Virus record (IMG/VR): IMGVR_UViG_3300013126_000012
Location: 95,587-159,586 of that record
Strand: one strand, 5' to 3'
Source: a virus
Length of the DNA stretch: 64,000 bases
Each line of letters opens with the position of its first letter. Within the stretch, counting starts at the first letter, position 1. A model generated the notes under the pieces. It saw only the letters and a list, made by a program, of their open reading frames with translations, was not told the origin of the DNA and did no database searches. The translations under genes and the position numbers were made by a program. Shown here in pieces: positions 20,654 to 31,434 of the stretch.

Positions 20654-21852
20654 TATCTAACTACTTTAAAATATATTTGATCATTTACATATTGTTCTGT
20701 AAATCCATCTACAATTTTTAATTCTAAACGATAATAACGTTCCGGCATAAATCCATTCATATCAATATAAATGAAATTACTTGTATCATCGCAACTAACT
20801 TTATTATAAATATTATCGTATGGAATAATAGCTTCATCCGTTAACGCATCAAACACTGCGTAATATGTTGTATTTGGTAAGTAATTAACAGTTTCTATAG
20901 GAAATAAATTAGTAGGAGATTTTTGTGGATATTTATCGCGAGCATATATACGTATTTTTGCAATCTCAGTATCTTTATATTGAGGTTTTAACTGCGTATA
21001 TATAACATATGACTCTAAATCTGCCTGCGTTAATGAACCCGTTGTAAACGTAGTATTATCAAAGTACATCGTTATTTTAGGAACATAAATAGTATGTGTT
21101 TCTCTACTATAAAATTTAATACGACCAGCAACTGCGTTATCGGATTCGTCTGAATCAGAAAATTTTAATATAAATCCATTATTTTCTATAGTTCGTCCGC
21201 CACTACCACTTAACCACATTTTTATAGCATCGGTTACATCCATATTGATATCAGTAGTTCGATACGAAAATGATTCGTTTGTTTCTAAACCAGGTTGAGC
21301 AAAAAATACTTGATTAAAATTAGATATATTAAAAAATCCACTACCAGATTGCCATAACCAACTACCACCAGCTCCTGATCCAGAAACATATAAAGAAGAA
21401 CTATTTACTTGTATTTGTTGTGAACTAGAAATCCACAAACTACCTGACATAGCATCTAACGACCAAGATGTATATGGTTTAGCCCATTGTACGCCATTAC
21501 TTACAACTGGAGAAGTGTTTAGTGTGCCCGTACCATTAATCCATGGTTGTGCAACTACTTTTGCATCAATTGTATAATCGCTAGGTAAATTTTGTGCTTG
21601 TGTTGTAAATAATTGCAACATAAACTTACAATTATTTAAATCAGCTGAATATTTTTGTAATGCATCTTGAATTTCTTGCATATCAAATTGCACTAAGCAT
21701 CTAGATTTTAATAAAGTACTTCCATCGGTATCTAAGTATTTACCAACTTCTAGTATTTCATCTAAACCGGTATTAGTAACAGACAGTGCACTACTAGTAG
21801 TAGCACCTTCATATAAAGTTGCATCTTTACTTGCATAGAATATTCTAAACAT
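20653..21852 (-). CDS. Virion structural protein
   Basis: ASKDATLYE...NTGLDEILE...FYSRETHTIYVPK; baseplate operon. Confidence 0.6.
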   Translation of the reverse strand: MFRIFYASKDATLYEGATTSSALSVTNTGLDEILEVGKYLDTDGSTLLKSRCLVQFDMQEIQDALQKYSADLNNCKFMLQLFTTQAQNLPSDYTIDAKVVAQPWINGTGTLNTSPVVSNGVQWAKPYTSWSLDAMSGSLWISSSQQIQVNSSSLYVSGSGAGGSWLWQSGSGFFNISNFNQVFFAQPGLETNESFSYRTTDINMDVTDAIKMWLSGSGGRTIENNGFILKFSDSDESDNAVAGRIKFYSRETHTIYVPKITMYFDNTTFTTGSLTQADLESYVIYTQLKPQYKDTEIAKIRIYARDKYPQKSPTNLFPIETVNYLPNTTYYAVFDALTDEAIIPYDNIYNKVSCDDTSNFIYIDMNGFMPERYYRLELKIVDGFTEQYVNDQIYFKVVR

Positions 21853-21860
21853 AAATTACC

Positions 21861-22277
21861 TTAACTGCCAGAGCCCGTACTAATCATCAAATAACTACCG
21901 CTTCTCCATAGTTGATTTACAACTGCTGGATCTGTTGTGGGTAGTGATGCAGTATACATAAATACGGTACCTTGTGTGATAAAATTACTAGAAACAGATA
22001 CATAATTAAATGAACCCGAAATGGTACGAACTGATGAACCTGAAACATATGATGATGTTGCAGCATATGATGAACTAACAGCATTTAATACATAAGAAGC
22101 TGTAGTGGCAGTCCCTAGTAAACTACCGGTAATGCTACCTGTAACAATTAATGAACCAGATATTGAAACTGATTCGGTTACGTTTCCGGTAAAAACATCA
22201 TATAAATCTTTAACAAAACTAGCAGAAATTAATCCACCAGCAACAATTTGTGAACGATTTGTATTCAATACGCCCAT
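21861..22277 (-). CDS. Small S/T-rich structural protein
   Basis: SGS/TGS/ASY repeats, LPTTDP..QLWRSG; late motif 22295-22302. Confidence 0.55.
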   Translation of the reverse strand: MGVLNTNRSQIVAGGLISASFVKDLYDVFTGNVTESVSISGSLIVTGSITGSLLGTATTASYVLNAVSSSYAATSSYVSGSSVRTISGSFNYVSVSSNFITQGTVFMYTASLPTTDPAVVNQLWRSGSYLMISTGSGS

Positions 22278-22309
22278 TATAATCCTTTTTACATATAAAT
22301 ATAAAAGGA

Positions 22310-24190
22310 CTAATAATTTACAACTCTTCCTTTGATATCTCGATTTGGAAATTTAACTTCAAAAATACTAGGATCGAGCGATGGATAAATAACGCCATTT
22401 CTAGTAGCAGTAGTTAAATCATAAACATTTCCAGAATAACCTAAATCACTATCATATAAATTTGCAAGCGATACTCCAACTACACTTTGAACGCCTTTTA
22501 CATTGGCTAATGTTGTAGTAACATCTGATTTTATAATAGGTTGATTTATTTGCCATCTATCAACACTAAATAAATCTTTCATTGCATTAATACAACGCAA
22601 CAATACTTCATTACTATTATAATTAGGTAACGCTGAAACTTCAAAAGAAACACCGACATTAATAATAAAGGCATCCTTAATATTAACGGCATCTGTTAAC
22701 ATTCTATAGTAATTTAAATATGTTTTTAAATTTTCCTTTACAGATTGATTTAGCGTTGTTAATTGTTTGCTTTCATTAAATCCTAATACATACATATTCA
22801 TTGCTAATGGATTAAGTATTCTGCTACTTTCTAAATCTTGTTGAGAAATTTGATCATCCGGAACAATATACGCTTTTGCAACGCTACCATATTTAGATGG
22901 CATTGAATACGCTCGAATAATATAATCTTCGCGTGTTACTAAACGATTTTGTGTCGCAAAATTAGCCATTGCATTGTTTTTAATGTCTTGCAATGTGTCT
23001 GCAGTTTTAGCGCCTGATGCTAGATTTGGATTATTTACTGCAATCGTAGTTTTAACAAAATTTGTTAACGGAACACTATTTGATGAATTAACATCATCGT
23101 TATATTGAATAAAGTCGACTTTTGTTAAAACATTTGTCGGAACATTATCAGCAATTCCATTTCCTACCGTATATGTGACAGTTAAAGTTGTATTAGCAGG
23201 AGCTTGTCCATAAGTACGAGTATATAAAAAATTCGATGGATCAATATCAACATCCACTGCACGTCGCACACTCGTCAATCCATTTCCTACATTATCTGGA
23301 TTCGGTACAATTTCTTCATCATTGTTATCAGATATACCTGCACCAAATTGTAATTCTAATTTATTATCGCTTCGCAATCTTGCCACATATCGTTTTGCAG
23401 TTTTACGTAATTTTAACAAACTAGGAGATGATGACCTGTATTGATATAAATCTGGATCATTTTCTAATAAATTAGGAACATCTTCAAAAATAGTGTCTTG
23501 TGCTAAAAATGGAACTTGATACCAATTATCGCCATCTGATTCTTCTACTGAAATAATTTCGATGATATTAGTATCTGGTAAAACTACTTTATCATATGCA
23601 ACAGGTGTTGTAAAATCAAATGTAGCAGTTTTAATATCACCCGATACTGCTCTTACTTGTTTTTTTAACAAATAATATAACGGTAAATTTGTAGCAGGAT
23701 CGGTTTCATATATGGTAACTTCTGTTGGATCAATTGAAGATGAAAAATCAAAATCAATACTATCCAATGTGCGAAATACAGAAGGTCCATTATTTTGTTT
23801 AACGCGCATTCCAGGTTTAATTGATAATGCATAATTGTAATCTGGCGCAACATTCGAACCCGATCCAATTGATGGTACTAGTTGAAATATATCCAACGTG
23901 ACATATGCAGGAACAACATTATTCGGAGTATATCCTAATGACTTTGCAATATCATATATATTAGCCCGTTCTGATGCTTGTTCTAATAATGATTCCTTAA
24001 GATTATTATCAGCATAATACGATAAAACATCGCCAACATACGAAGCTAGTTCTAAAAAAATCATTCCAGGTGCAGCTTCATTAAAGTCACTATATGTTGT
24101 AGGAAAATATTGTTTAGTAAAATCAATCAGATTTTGTCGTAATTGTCCAAAATCTTTTCCTAAATATGATACGTCTTTTTTTGTTTCCAT
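22310..24190 (-). CDS. Baseplate wedge subunit (T4 gp6-like / baseplate J family)
   Basis: KDFGQLRQNL, YSDFNE, YVGDVLSYY, QFGAG, QNRLVTREDY. Confidence 0.88.
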   Translation of the reverse strand: METKKDVSYLGKDFGQLRQNLIDFTKQYFPTTYSDFNEAAPGMIFLELASYVGDVLSYYADNNLKESLLEQASERANIYDIAKSLGYTPNNVVPAYVTLDIFQLVPSIGSGSNVAPDYNYALSIKPGMRVKQNNGPSVFRTLDSIDFDFSSSIDPTEVTIYETDPATNLPLYYLLKKQVRAVSGDIKTATFDFTTPVAYDKVVLPDTNIIEIISVEESDGDNWYQVPFLAQDTIFEDVPNLLENDPDLYQYRSSSPSLLKLRKTAKRYVARLRSDNKLELQFGAGISDNNDEEIVPNPDNVGNGLTSVRRAVDVDIDPSNFLYTRTYGQAPANTTLTVTYTVGNGIADNVPTNVLTKVDFIQYNDDVNSSNSVPLTNFVKTTIAVNNPNLASGAKTADTLQDIKNNAMANFATQNRLVTREDYIIRAYSMPSKYGSVAKAYIVPDDQISQQDLESSRILNPLAMNMYVLGFNESKQLTTLNQSVKENLKTYLNYYRMLTDAVNIKDAFIINVGVSFEVSALPNYNSNEVLLRCINAMKDLFSVDRWQINQPIIKSDVTTTLANVKGVQSVVGVSLANLYDSDLGYSGNVYDLTTATRNGVIYPSLDPSIFEVKFPNRDIKGRVVNY

Positions 24191-24191
24191 G

Positions 24192-24647
24192 TTATGATAC
24201 CGTTAATTGATTATTTTCAACAAATATAGTTACGGTAGGATCTTCTGCTACAATCGAAGCTGATGGTACATTGAATGAAATTGATACTTTTATTTCATAT
24301 GATAAATTTGGATCATCTTCCGCAGTAACTATATCAATGTTAGTTATATTAATATATGGCAACCAATAAGAAACAGCATCTGTTATAATTTCTGTAATTA
24401 TAGGTTTAAGATTTGCAAGATTTGGTTGAAATAATACTTGAGGTAAATCAGTACCAAAATTTGGTTGATTAATACGTTCACCTTTATATGTTAAAAGCAA
24501 ATTTTTCAAATTGCTAATAGCTTGTTCTAAACTAGTAACCGTCGATGATATTATGCCAGTTGTTCCATTAAATGGCAATTTTATACCAATTGCTCCATTC
24601 GGATTTGTTTGACTTATATCATTAACATTTACTATTTGATATGGCAT
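24192..24647 (-). CDS. Baseplate wedge protein gp25-like
   Basis: NLKNLLLTYKGERINQPNFGTDL...WLPYI. Confidence 0.9.
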   Translation of the reverse strand: MPYQIVNVNDISQTNPNGAIGIKLPFNGTTGIISSTVTSLEQAISNLKNLLLTYKGERINQPNFGTDLPQVLFQPNLANLKPIITEIITDAVSYWLPYINITNIDIVTAEDDPNLSYEIKVSISFNVPSASIVAEDPTVTIFVENNQLTVS

Positions 24648-25171
24648 TATTTACCTTTCTTATTATTAATTGCTTTCATTAAAGCTGAATAATCTCGAGT
24701 CATTGCTTGTTGTACTTCTTGCGGCACTTCGAATACCTTACCTGTTTCAGGATCTTCCATAACTTTAGGAGCAGCCGGCGTTATTCCCATTGCTTCTTTC
24801 ATGTTTTGTCGCATCGCCCCAAAATTAACGGCATCTCGAGATGTCATTCTAATTTCGTCCATCCCTTCATTCATAATGTCTTTAAAACTATTCATAGCCA
24901 TGGGCTCTTGTTCCGATAAGCTGTCAGTTTCATTCAAAATATCTGCCCAACGATTTTCAGTAAAAAGTACTTTTTGTTTTTTTCCTGATTCGCTAACCAT
25001 TTTAGGTTGAACTTGTATTACTTTATTTACATCTACTTTAGCTTGTTTTTTAGGCTGTGACATTTCTGAAATCGTAGATTGTAATCCTTCGCGAAGAATT
25101 TCGGTTAATTCTTCTTTTATAACTTCTCGTACAGCAACTTTAAGTGCTTTTACTAATGTTTTGGTATCCAT
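24647..25171 (-). CDS. Hypothetical late protein
   Basis: AVREVIKEEL leader; TRDYSALMKA C-term. Confidence 0.65.
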   Translation of the reverse strand: MDTKTLVKALKVAVREVIKEELTEILREGLQSTISEMSQPKKQAKVDVNKVIQVQPKMVSESGKKQKVLFTENRWADILNETDSLSEQEPMAMNSFKDIMNEGMDEIRMTSRDAVNFGAMRQNMKEAMGITPAAPKVMEDPETGKVFEVPQEVQQAMTRDYSALMKAINNKKGK

Positions 25172-25198
25172 ATGATTACTTTTATATAAATATTAGGT

Positions 25199-26035
25199 TT
25201 AATAAATTATGCCCGCGGGCCATACGGTGTCGGAAATTTTAGGCCCATATATAGTACGCGTAGTTTGATTTATAAAATAATCGCCTTCTTTTCCTTGATC
25301 TGTTTGTGGTTGTTCGTTAGACGTTCCTACGATAACCCGACTAGGAGCTTCTAGTAAATCTAATAAAGATCTTTGATCTTCTTGCAACTGTGCGATTAAA
25401 TCTTCTCGCAATTCAATATCAGATTCTGATACGTTTATTAAACGATAAAATTCAGATTCTATAGTAGATGTATTTGTAACTTCATTATTAATTGCATCAA
25501 TTGCATTTTTTGTATCTTGATTAACTGCAAATGTTTCTGAATTACAAATAGCCGATATAGAGTTAATTACAGTAGCAAGTAATCCTGATGCTAATGCTAC
25601 AGCTCCACTGATTACCGCTAAAATAATTGATGCTTGTGTCAAAGCCTTTGCAATATTTGCAACCAATTCATTTTGAACTGCTAATGCCTGACTAACAGCG
25701 GGCGGCGATGGGATTGGTAAAGCAACTTGTCCATTAATTATAACTGCAGCAATTTGTGCTGCAACTGTTAGAATAGGAATAATAATATTTAGAATGCGTA
25801 AAATATTTTGAATTTGTGCAATATAACGTTGAATTTGTTCTAATATTTGTTTGATTTCTTTGATCCTAGGATCATCGCATGAAATATTATTTTTAGGTAA
25901 TACATTTGATTTACCAATAGCTTCAGAAACTTTTTGATTTAATTTAGAAACAACCTTGTTTAATGCAGTTTGCAATTTATTTATTGCAGCACCTGGTTTA
26001 TTTGTAAGTTGATCAAACGGAAATGCAACAGCCAT
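25199..26035 (-). CDS. Hypothetical helical/hydrophobic protein
   Basis: 278 aa ORF, hydrophobic helices, GDYFIN...IYGPK C-term. Confidence 0.6.
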   Translation of the reverse strand: MAVAFPFDQLTNKPGAAINKLQTALNKVVSKLNQKVSEAIGKSNVLPKNNISCDDPRIKEIKQILEQIQRYIAQIQNILRILNIIIPILTVAAQIAAVIINGQVALPIPSPPAVSQALAVQNELVANIAKALTQASIILAVISGAVALASGLLATVINSISAICNSETFAVNQDTKNAIDAINNEVTNTSTIESEFYRLINVSESDIELREDLIAQLQEDQRSLLDLLEAPSRVIVGTSNEQPQTDQGKEGDYFINQTTRTIYGPKISDTVWPAGIIY

Positions 26036-26036
26036 A

Positions 26037-27005
26037 TTATGTCTTTGTTATTTTATATTTTTTACTATTCAATGTTAATAATAAGTTTTGTATTTGAGAC
26101 AATAACGGTGCTGCATTAGTAACTCCGGGAGCACCACCCGGACCTGTAGTACCCGCTGCAATTGCTTGAACTATTAACTGTAGTATTTGTTGCAAAACTA
26201 AACCATGTGATAATGGCTCCGATGCATCTTCGCCCCCAATGTAAATTTCATTTGGAGTATTTAAAATAATGCCATCTTGGGAATCAATTACAGCTACATC
26301 TCGTTTAGCTCGTAGTATAATACGATCAGCAACGCCAATAAACTGTGCACCGGTAAATATTCCGTTATGCACTGTTAAATTTTTTGTTAATTGTAATGAT
26401 CCAATTTGTTGAGTACTAGTTAAGTACAATGATGATGCATCATCTTTAACTGATTCAATTGTATATGAATCTTTTTTATAAGATCGGCCGTTAGATAAAA
26501 TAATTATAGGATCGCCATTTTGCGAACTATCCCAATTTGGTCGTATAGAATATTGGCCGCCTTTTACTGTACTAGTTAATCGAATACTATTTCCAAAGCG
26601 ACCTTCGATAATTGAATCGCCTTGAAATGGTTGTAATGCTGAAACTTCTTTTTCTTGAAACGATAATTCCTGAATGTCTGCAACATCTACTGTAGAAACG
26701 CCTTGCAATAAGTTTGCATTGACACTAGAATTTAATGAAAACGAAGAAACATAATACCATTTGACATATTGAGTTTCAGCCGTATTATCTGGAGTTAATC
26801 CACTAACTAATAGAACATGTTCGCCAATTAATGGTATTTGTTTTGTATTAATATTAAATGGTATAGCACGTACGATTTGTTGATCAAAATAGTTGGTATA
26901 TGTTTTTACAAAAATTTCAAATTGATTTTCCACAACATATTCATATGTAGCAGATTCAGGAACTGAAATTACTTCGCCAACATGAAATTGAACATTATGA
27001 TCCAC
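26037..27005 (-). CDS. Putative baseplate hub/spike (gp5-like) protein
   Basis: PLIGEHV, GDSIIEGRFGNSIR, ADRIILRAK, C-terminal TGPGG tip region. Confidence 0.55.
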   Translation of the reverse strand: MDHNVQFHVGEVISVPESATYEYVVENQFEIFVKTYTNYFDQQIVRAIPFNINTKQIPLIGEHVLLVSGLTPDNTAETQYVKWYYVSSFSLNSSVNANLLQGVSTVDVADIQELSFQEKEVSALQPFQGDSIIEGRFGNSIRLTSTVKGGQYSIRPNWDSSQNGDPIIILSNGRSYKKDSYTIESVKDDASSLYLTSTQQIGSLQLTKNLTVHNGIFTGAQFIGVADRIILRAKRDVAVIDSQDGIILNTPNEIYIGGEDASEPLSHGLVLQQILQLIVQAIAAGTTGPGGAPGVTNAAPLLSQIQNLLLTLNSKKYKITKT

Positions 27006-27432
27006 TCGAATCCTTTTTTGCTTTATCCATTGATGATTCTATACGCTGTTTTAATGCTGCAGATTCTTGTTCGATTGAATCCAATTCATCAGTTAATTCT
27101 GCAGACAATGTTTGTTCCGCAACACGAAGCAATTGTTGTTTTTCTTCGTCACTCAATAAACTATCAGCGCCTGATATTGTTTGTTTTGTAGAAATATAAC
27201 GTTGAACAATTGCAGTTAATTTAACTAGATGATCGTCATTTTTAACTGCAACATCTAAATATTCTTTAATTAACGGAACAATAATTGTAGCATCCGATGC
27301 ATTTTTTATTAATGGTTGCAACTGTGCAATAAGCTGATTTATTTGTCTATCTTTCTTTTTTGAATTATGATAAACATCGGACATTAAATCGGCAAAGGTA
27401 GTTCCTTTGAATAATTCATCATTCTTGTCCAT
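26995..27432 (-). CDS. Hypothetical helical protein
   Basis: Start moved to MDKNDELF, downstream of late motif 27449-27456. Confidence 0.65.
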   Translation of the reverse strand: MDKNDELFKGTTFADLMSDVYHNSKKKDRQINQLIAQLQPLIKNASDATIIVPLIKEYLDVAVKNDDHLVKLTAIVQRYISTKQTISGADSLLSDEEKQQLLRVAEQTLSAELTDELDSIEQESAALKQRIESSMDKAKKDSSGS

Positions 27433-27455
27433 ACAAAAACCCTTTAAAATAAATA

Positions 27456-28151
27456 TCAAAAAGGCAATTTTATGAAGTTTGATTGTTCATATTCACGAAA
27501 TTTATCTTCGTAAATTTGTTTTAAAACTTTAACTACCCGCGTAATATTTGTTGTTTCTAAATTAGTACGCTCGCGAATTAAGATATATAATGCTTTTTTA
27601 TTAAAATCTTCAATATATTCTCTAGTCTCAAAAATATGCAAGATTGAATCAGCAACATGTATATCGGTTGCTGTAGAAAAAATATAGTTTAGATTATCAT
27701 AACAATATTGAACGTATGCATTCATAAAATATTCTAGAATTTCACGCATTTCATCATTATGAATTTCTGCCATAATGTTGCGTTGTTCATCAATATTAAT
27801 TTCTAACGAATTAGATTTTAATTTAGAATAGCCTTTTTGATTTTCTGCAATTAGATAATTAAATGAAGTTCTAGTATAATAAGAATATGCTTTACCCGCA
27901 TTTGGATTAAATTTGTCTAATCGAGCTGTTAAATAAGTAACTAAATCGGTTTGCAAATCTTGAAACGAAGAATCGATATAATCAGGCTTAACTTTGTTGA
28001 TGATATTTTCAGACATTTTCATGAAAGCCGGATAAATAAATCTACGATAAATTTTTTCTCGTTGTGCTATATTTTCTGACTTATTATAAGCCGATATTGC
28101 AAAATCTGTTATTTTAGTAAAATATGATTTACTTTTCTTCGCTCTGGCCAT
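27456..28151 (-). CDS. Putative late-transcription sigma factor (gp55-like)
   Basis: Region-2-like KFNPNAGKAYSYYTRTSFNYLI; N-term YFT. Confidence 0.65.
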   Translation of the reverse strand: MARAKKSKSYFTKITDFAISAYNKSENIAQREKIYRRFIYPAFMKMSENIINKVKPDYIDSSFQDLQTDLVTYLTARLDKFNPNAGKAYSYYTRTSFNYLIAENQKGYSKLKSNSLEINIDEQRNIMAEIHNDEMREILEYFMNAYVQYCYDNLNYIFSTATDIHVADSILHIFETREYIEDFNKKALYILIRERTNLETTNITRVVKVLKQIYEDKFREYEQSNFIKLPF

Positions 28152-28425
28152 TGTCAAATTCTTCTTTTAGTTCATTAATAACTTGTTTAAGTAAATCAAA
28201 TGTAGTTCCCGCTTCATCTTCAGCTTCAAATGCCCCTAATCGGTCAATTTGTTTCATTACATTATATGATTTTTCAATGCGTTCAAACATGAAACTATTT
28301 GTTGTTTCCAATTGTTCAATATAATCCTGAGCATCAGCTAATGCACCAGCAAGAAACCATACTCGGTAGCCTAAATATGACCCTGCACCGATTAGCAATA
28401 TTGTTGTTATGATAAAAAATAACAT
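28129..28425 (-). CDS. Small membrane-anchored protein
   Basis: N-terminal TM helix; D..GAFEAEDEAG. Confidence 0.65.
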   Translation of the reverse strand: MLFFIITTILLIGAGSYLGYRVWFLAGALADAQDYIEQLETTNSFMFERIEKSYNVMKQIDRLGAFEAEDEAGTTFDLLKQVINELKEEFDNGQSEEK

Positions 28426-28426
28426 A

Positions 28427-29203
28427 TTATTCCTCGTTAAATGCTTTAAAAATATCCGTTAATGACTGTTCAACACCTGGATTATTTTCAGCTAAATTCT
28501 TTAGTCCTGTTGATTTTTGGACACGATTTTTTTCCGCAGCTGGTTTGGGAGATTCTTTGTCTTTATTTCTCCAACGTTCAAATTCAATTTGTGCTGCCAT
28601 ATGATCTGCATGATGCAAAATGATAGGAAGATTTGTTTTCAATTTGGCTTGTGCCGAGCGAGCAACAAAATATGGTTTATTTGCTTCATCATACATTCCA
28701 TCGTGAATCTTAATTGCTTGATATTCCGTCCAAGACATTTTAACATCATATTCTTGTAGCAACCAAATTGAAAGATCTGGTACCATGGTAAACGGAATGT
28801 TTTCATTGTGACGATACATTTTATTTTGATTCTTGCGATGCCAATCTGAAGTTTCTATTTGATATACTTCATTACCTTCGCCCGGAAATCCTACTTTGCC
28901 CAAATCATGATGCATTGCAGCAAAGCGAAGTTCTTCAATAGTATAACCAGACATATCCGCACCCATCTCATTCCAAGATTCATAAAGTTTCTCAGCACAT
29001 GCAATAACTCGAAGTACGTGATCTACATATCCTCCGGCAAATGCATTATGAAAATGAGCTATCGAAGATGCTGGCATCATTGCTATGCGATCTTCAAATT
29101 CATCATACATTTTATTTAATTCTGTTTTGCGGGTAGGAAAATAAGTATTTACTAATTTGCGATACTGTTCCCAGTTTGATTTGATTTTTTCTGCTTGTAA
29201 CAT
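28427..29203 (-). CDS. HD-domain phosphohydrolase
   Basis: H..FAGGYVDHV, HHDLGK, IHDG, HHAD. Confidence 0.85.
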   Translation of the reverse strand: MLQAEKIKSNWEQYRKLVNTYFPTRKTELNKMYDEFEDRIAMMPASSIAHFHNAFAGGYVDHVLRVIACAEKLYESWNEMGADMSGYTIEELRFAAMHHDLGKVGFPGEGNEVYQIETSDWHRKNQNKMYRHNENIPFTMVPDLSIWLLQEYDVKMSWTEYQAIKIHDGMYDEANKPYFVARSAQAKLKTNLPIILHHADHMAAQIEFERWRNKDKESPKPAAEKNRVQKSTGLKNLAENNPGVEQSLTDIFKAFNEE

Positions 29204-29219
29204 AACTTATTATATTGAT

Positions 29220-29384
29220 TTATTTTCGTATTTCCAATTGATGTCCATTGACAAGCTTTGATACACAACGGAAACAAGTAACAGCTGTTGCGTTTATATC
29301 TATTTTTTGACAAATTTCATCACAATATTTGCATTGTAACTTTTTAAAGCCCCTTGGCGCAGGACTACTTTTTATTTTTTTCAT
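29220..29384 (-). CDS. Small Zn-ribbon protein
   Basis: CKYC...CFRC. Confidence 0.6.
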   Translation of the reverse strand: MKKIKSSPAPRGFKKLQCKYCDEICQKIDINATAVTCFRCVSKLVNGHQLEIRK

Positions 29385-29394
29385 TTGTTTTAGA

Positions 29395-29586
29395 TTAACC
29401 GCGATCAATAAAATAACGTGCCTCTTCTAATTTTTTAATTGCACGAGCTAAATTGTCTAAAGTTGAATTTTTATCAATCTTACCTTCGGAAATGGCTTTG
29501 CCTACATTTCTAACAATTTCTTTTGCATCTTCTACATTGTCAATAACATTACTTTTGTATTTGTACTTTGGATCATAACTTGTCAT
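29395..29586 (-). CDS. Hypothetical protein
   Basis: 63 aa ORF, late motif 29628-29635. Confidence 0.6.
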   Translation of the reverse strand: MTSYDPKYKYKSNVIDNVEDAKEIVRNVGKAISEGKIDKNSTLDNLARAIKKLEEARYFIDRG

Positions 29587-29636
29587 AATTTAACCTTTTT
29601 TATTTATTATTAATATCATTATATAATATAAATATC

Positions 29637-30662
29637 TTATTCTAAAATTAATTGGGCGTTTTGACAACATTCAACATTCAACGCAATCAATGATTGTTCT
29701 TTAGCCTTAGCTTCAACCATAACATCAAGATCTGCAACACCATATGTAGCAGGAAGCCGCGTAATATAGTCGGCATGAGCCTGCTCCTTGATCTTGGTAA
29801 ACTCCTTGTATTGTTTGTGAAATGTAGGCCATTTGGGCAAGTCGGCAATGTCAATGTTGTGATGTGCAAACATACGCTCAATAAGAATTTGTGCTTCGCG
29901 TCGACGAGACTCGCTGTAATGAGTACATTGTGTGACACCATGACGTTGCCATGTCTCACGCGCCATAAAAAATGCTTCTTGTTCGGATAAGTCACCAGTA
30001 TTGAATGTGTGATGCCAATAGTCAAACGTAATAGGTATAGCAATTTCGGTATGCAACATGGAATACAATTCGCGCACGGAATACATGGAGGCCTTGTCAT
30101 CATTCTCGATAACTAAACGTGCCTTGCAAGAATCTGAAAGACGATCATAGTTATGTAACCACCGTGCAATGGTGCCGGGCTTGTCATTGTAAGTAGCACC
30201 AACGTGAATATTGATCTTGTTCTCAAAGCTAGGAGCAAAGCCCATCATATCAAAGAGCTCAGAATGCCGTTCAAGACCAGTGATGCTATTATCAACTACC
30301 GTAGCATCAGGACTACCTAGGATATGAAATGGACCAGGATGCGTTGTGATGCGATGGCCATGCGCACGAGCAAAGTCACCAGCAGCACGTAGATGCTGCA
30401 CAATAAGATCGATGTCAGGCAAATCTGCAAGCTCGTAATGATTCCAACGAGGAAAGAGCTCAGAGCCTAAACGAAACAAACGAATACCATGTGCTTCATT
30501 CCATTGCAGAATAGTTAACAAATCGCGGGCATTAGCAAGAGCAATGTCGGATGCTAATTGCAAACCGCCTAATTTAAATTTGCGATCAATCATGGCACGA
30601 CCGGTACGAATACCTTGGGCGGATAACTCCATGTTGATACAGGCATAACCATAACGTATCAT
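29637..30662 (-). CDS. uvsE: UV damage endonuclease (UvdE/UvsE)
   Basis: GYACIN, FRLGS, HPGPF, INIHVG, IENDD, FDYWHH, HYSES, AHAD, VEAKAKE. Confidence 0.93.
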   Translation of the reverse strand: MIRYGYACINMELSAQGIRTGRAMIDRKFKLGGLQLASDIALANARDLLTILQWNEAHGIRLFRLGSELFPRWNHYELADLPDIDLIVQHLRAAGDFARAHGHRITTHPGPFHILGSPDATVVDNSITGLERHSELFDMMGFAPSFENKINIHVGATYNDKPGTIARWLHNYDRLSDSCKARLVIENDDKASMYSVRELYSMLHTEIAIPITFDYWHHTFNTGDLSEQEAFFMARETWQRHGVTQCTHYSESRRREAQILIERMFAHHNIDIADLPKWPTFHKQYKEFTKIKEQAHADYITRLPATYGVADLDVMVEAKAKEQSLIALNVECCQNAQLILE

Positions 30663-30696
30663 ATATGTTTTATTTTATATTATGTAAAATGTTTGA

Positions 30697-30857
30697 AAAA
30701 TCCAAATTACGTTATTTTTTTTTGCATGATATTTATATGTAATAAAAAGGACGTAATGAAAAATATTTTATCAGAAAACATGTTGCGTTTCGGAACCAAA
30801 AACTTATCCGAAGCTGCACAACGGCAACTAGTTGTCAAATCAATCATGGAAACCATT
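30697..30857 (+). repeat. Cassette repeat, copy 1 (divergent promoters + constant leader)
   Basis: 30697-30782 near-identical to 31897-31981; 30771-30857 identical to 33364-33450. Confidence 0.9.
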
Positions 30858-31337
30858 AATCAGCATGGATTGCATAACGCCGTACGACGAAGGCTGATGG
30901 AACAGACCGTTAACGAGAATGTAACAACGTACGTTGAAAACTACCGTAAGGCCGTTATAACAGCTTTTCCGAATACGTTTGCCAATGTGGCGGGGAAAAA
31001 CGATGCCACCGGATACATACCGTTTCCCGGAAATAACCCTCAAGAATACATATATGTTTATACAAATGGAGCAGTAACATTGCCTAACGATGCACCAAAA
31101 TTGAAGACCCAGCTACAGAATGTGCACGATAAGGTTGTATTAAATGGCGTTAGCAATAACGATGCAAACTTAAAGAAATATATTGCTAATCTTACGCAAA
31201 ACCAATACCCACCCGAAACTCCACAAGGAATAGCATTAAAATCATTTAATCAACCCAATATTATAGCTATGAACAAGGCATTTTTGGCTTATAAAACATT
31301 TTTGGACAGCCAAAACCCGCCAGCAGCAAGCCAGTAA
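30756..31337 (+). CDS. Constant-leader/variable-body late protein 1
   Basis: MKNILSENMLRFGTKNLSEA leader; ATATTTAT at 30729. Confidence 0.8.
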   Translation: MKNILSENMLRFGTKNLSEAAQRQLVVKSIMETINQHGLHNAVRRRLMEQTVNENVTTYVENYRKAVITAFPNTFANVAGKNDATGYIPFPGNNPQEYIYVYTNGAVTLPNDAPKLKTQLQNVHDKVVLNGVSNNDANLKKYIANLTQNQYPPETPQGIALKSFNQPNIIAMNKAFLAYKTFLDSQNPPAASQ

Positions 31338-31392
31338 TCAACAGCTAAGATGGTAAAAAAGCCTTAATTTTTAAGTTTTAAAATATACATAG

Positions 31393-31420
31393 AAAAAGCT
31401 CTATAGCGGAGCTTTTTTTT
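31393..31420. terminator. Bidirectional intrinsic terminator
   Basis: AAAAAGCTC-tatagcg-GAGCTTTTTTTT between convergent genes. Confidence 0.75.
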
Positions 31421-31434
31421 GTGTTCAATAAATT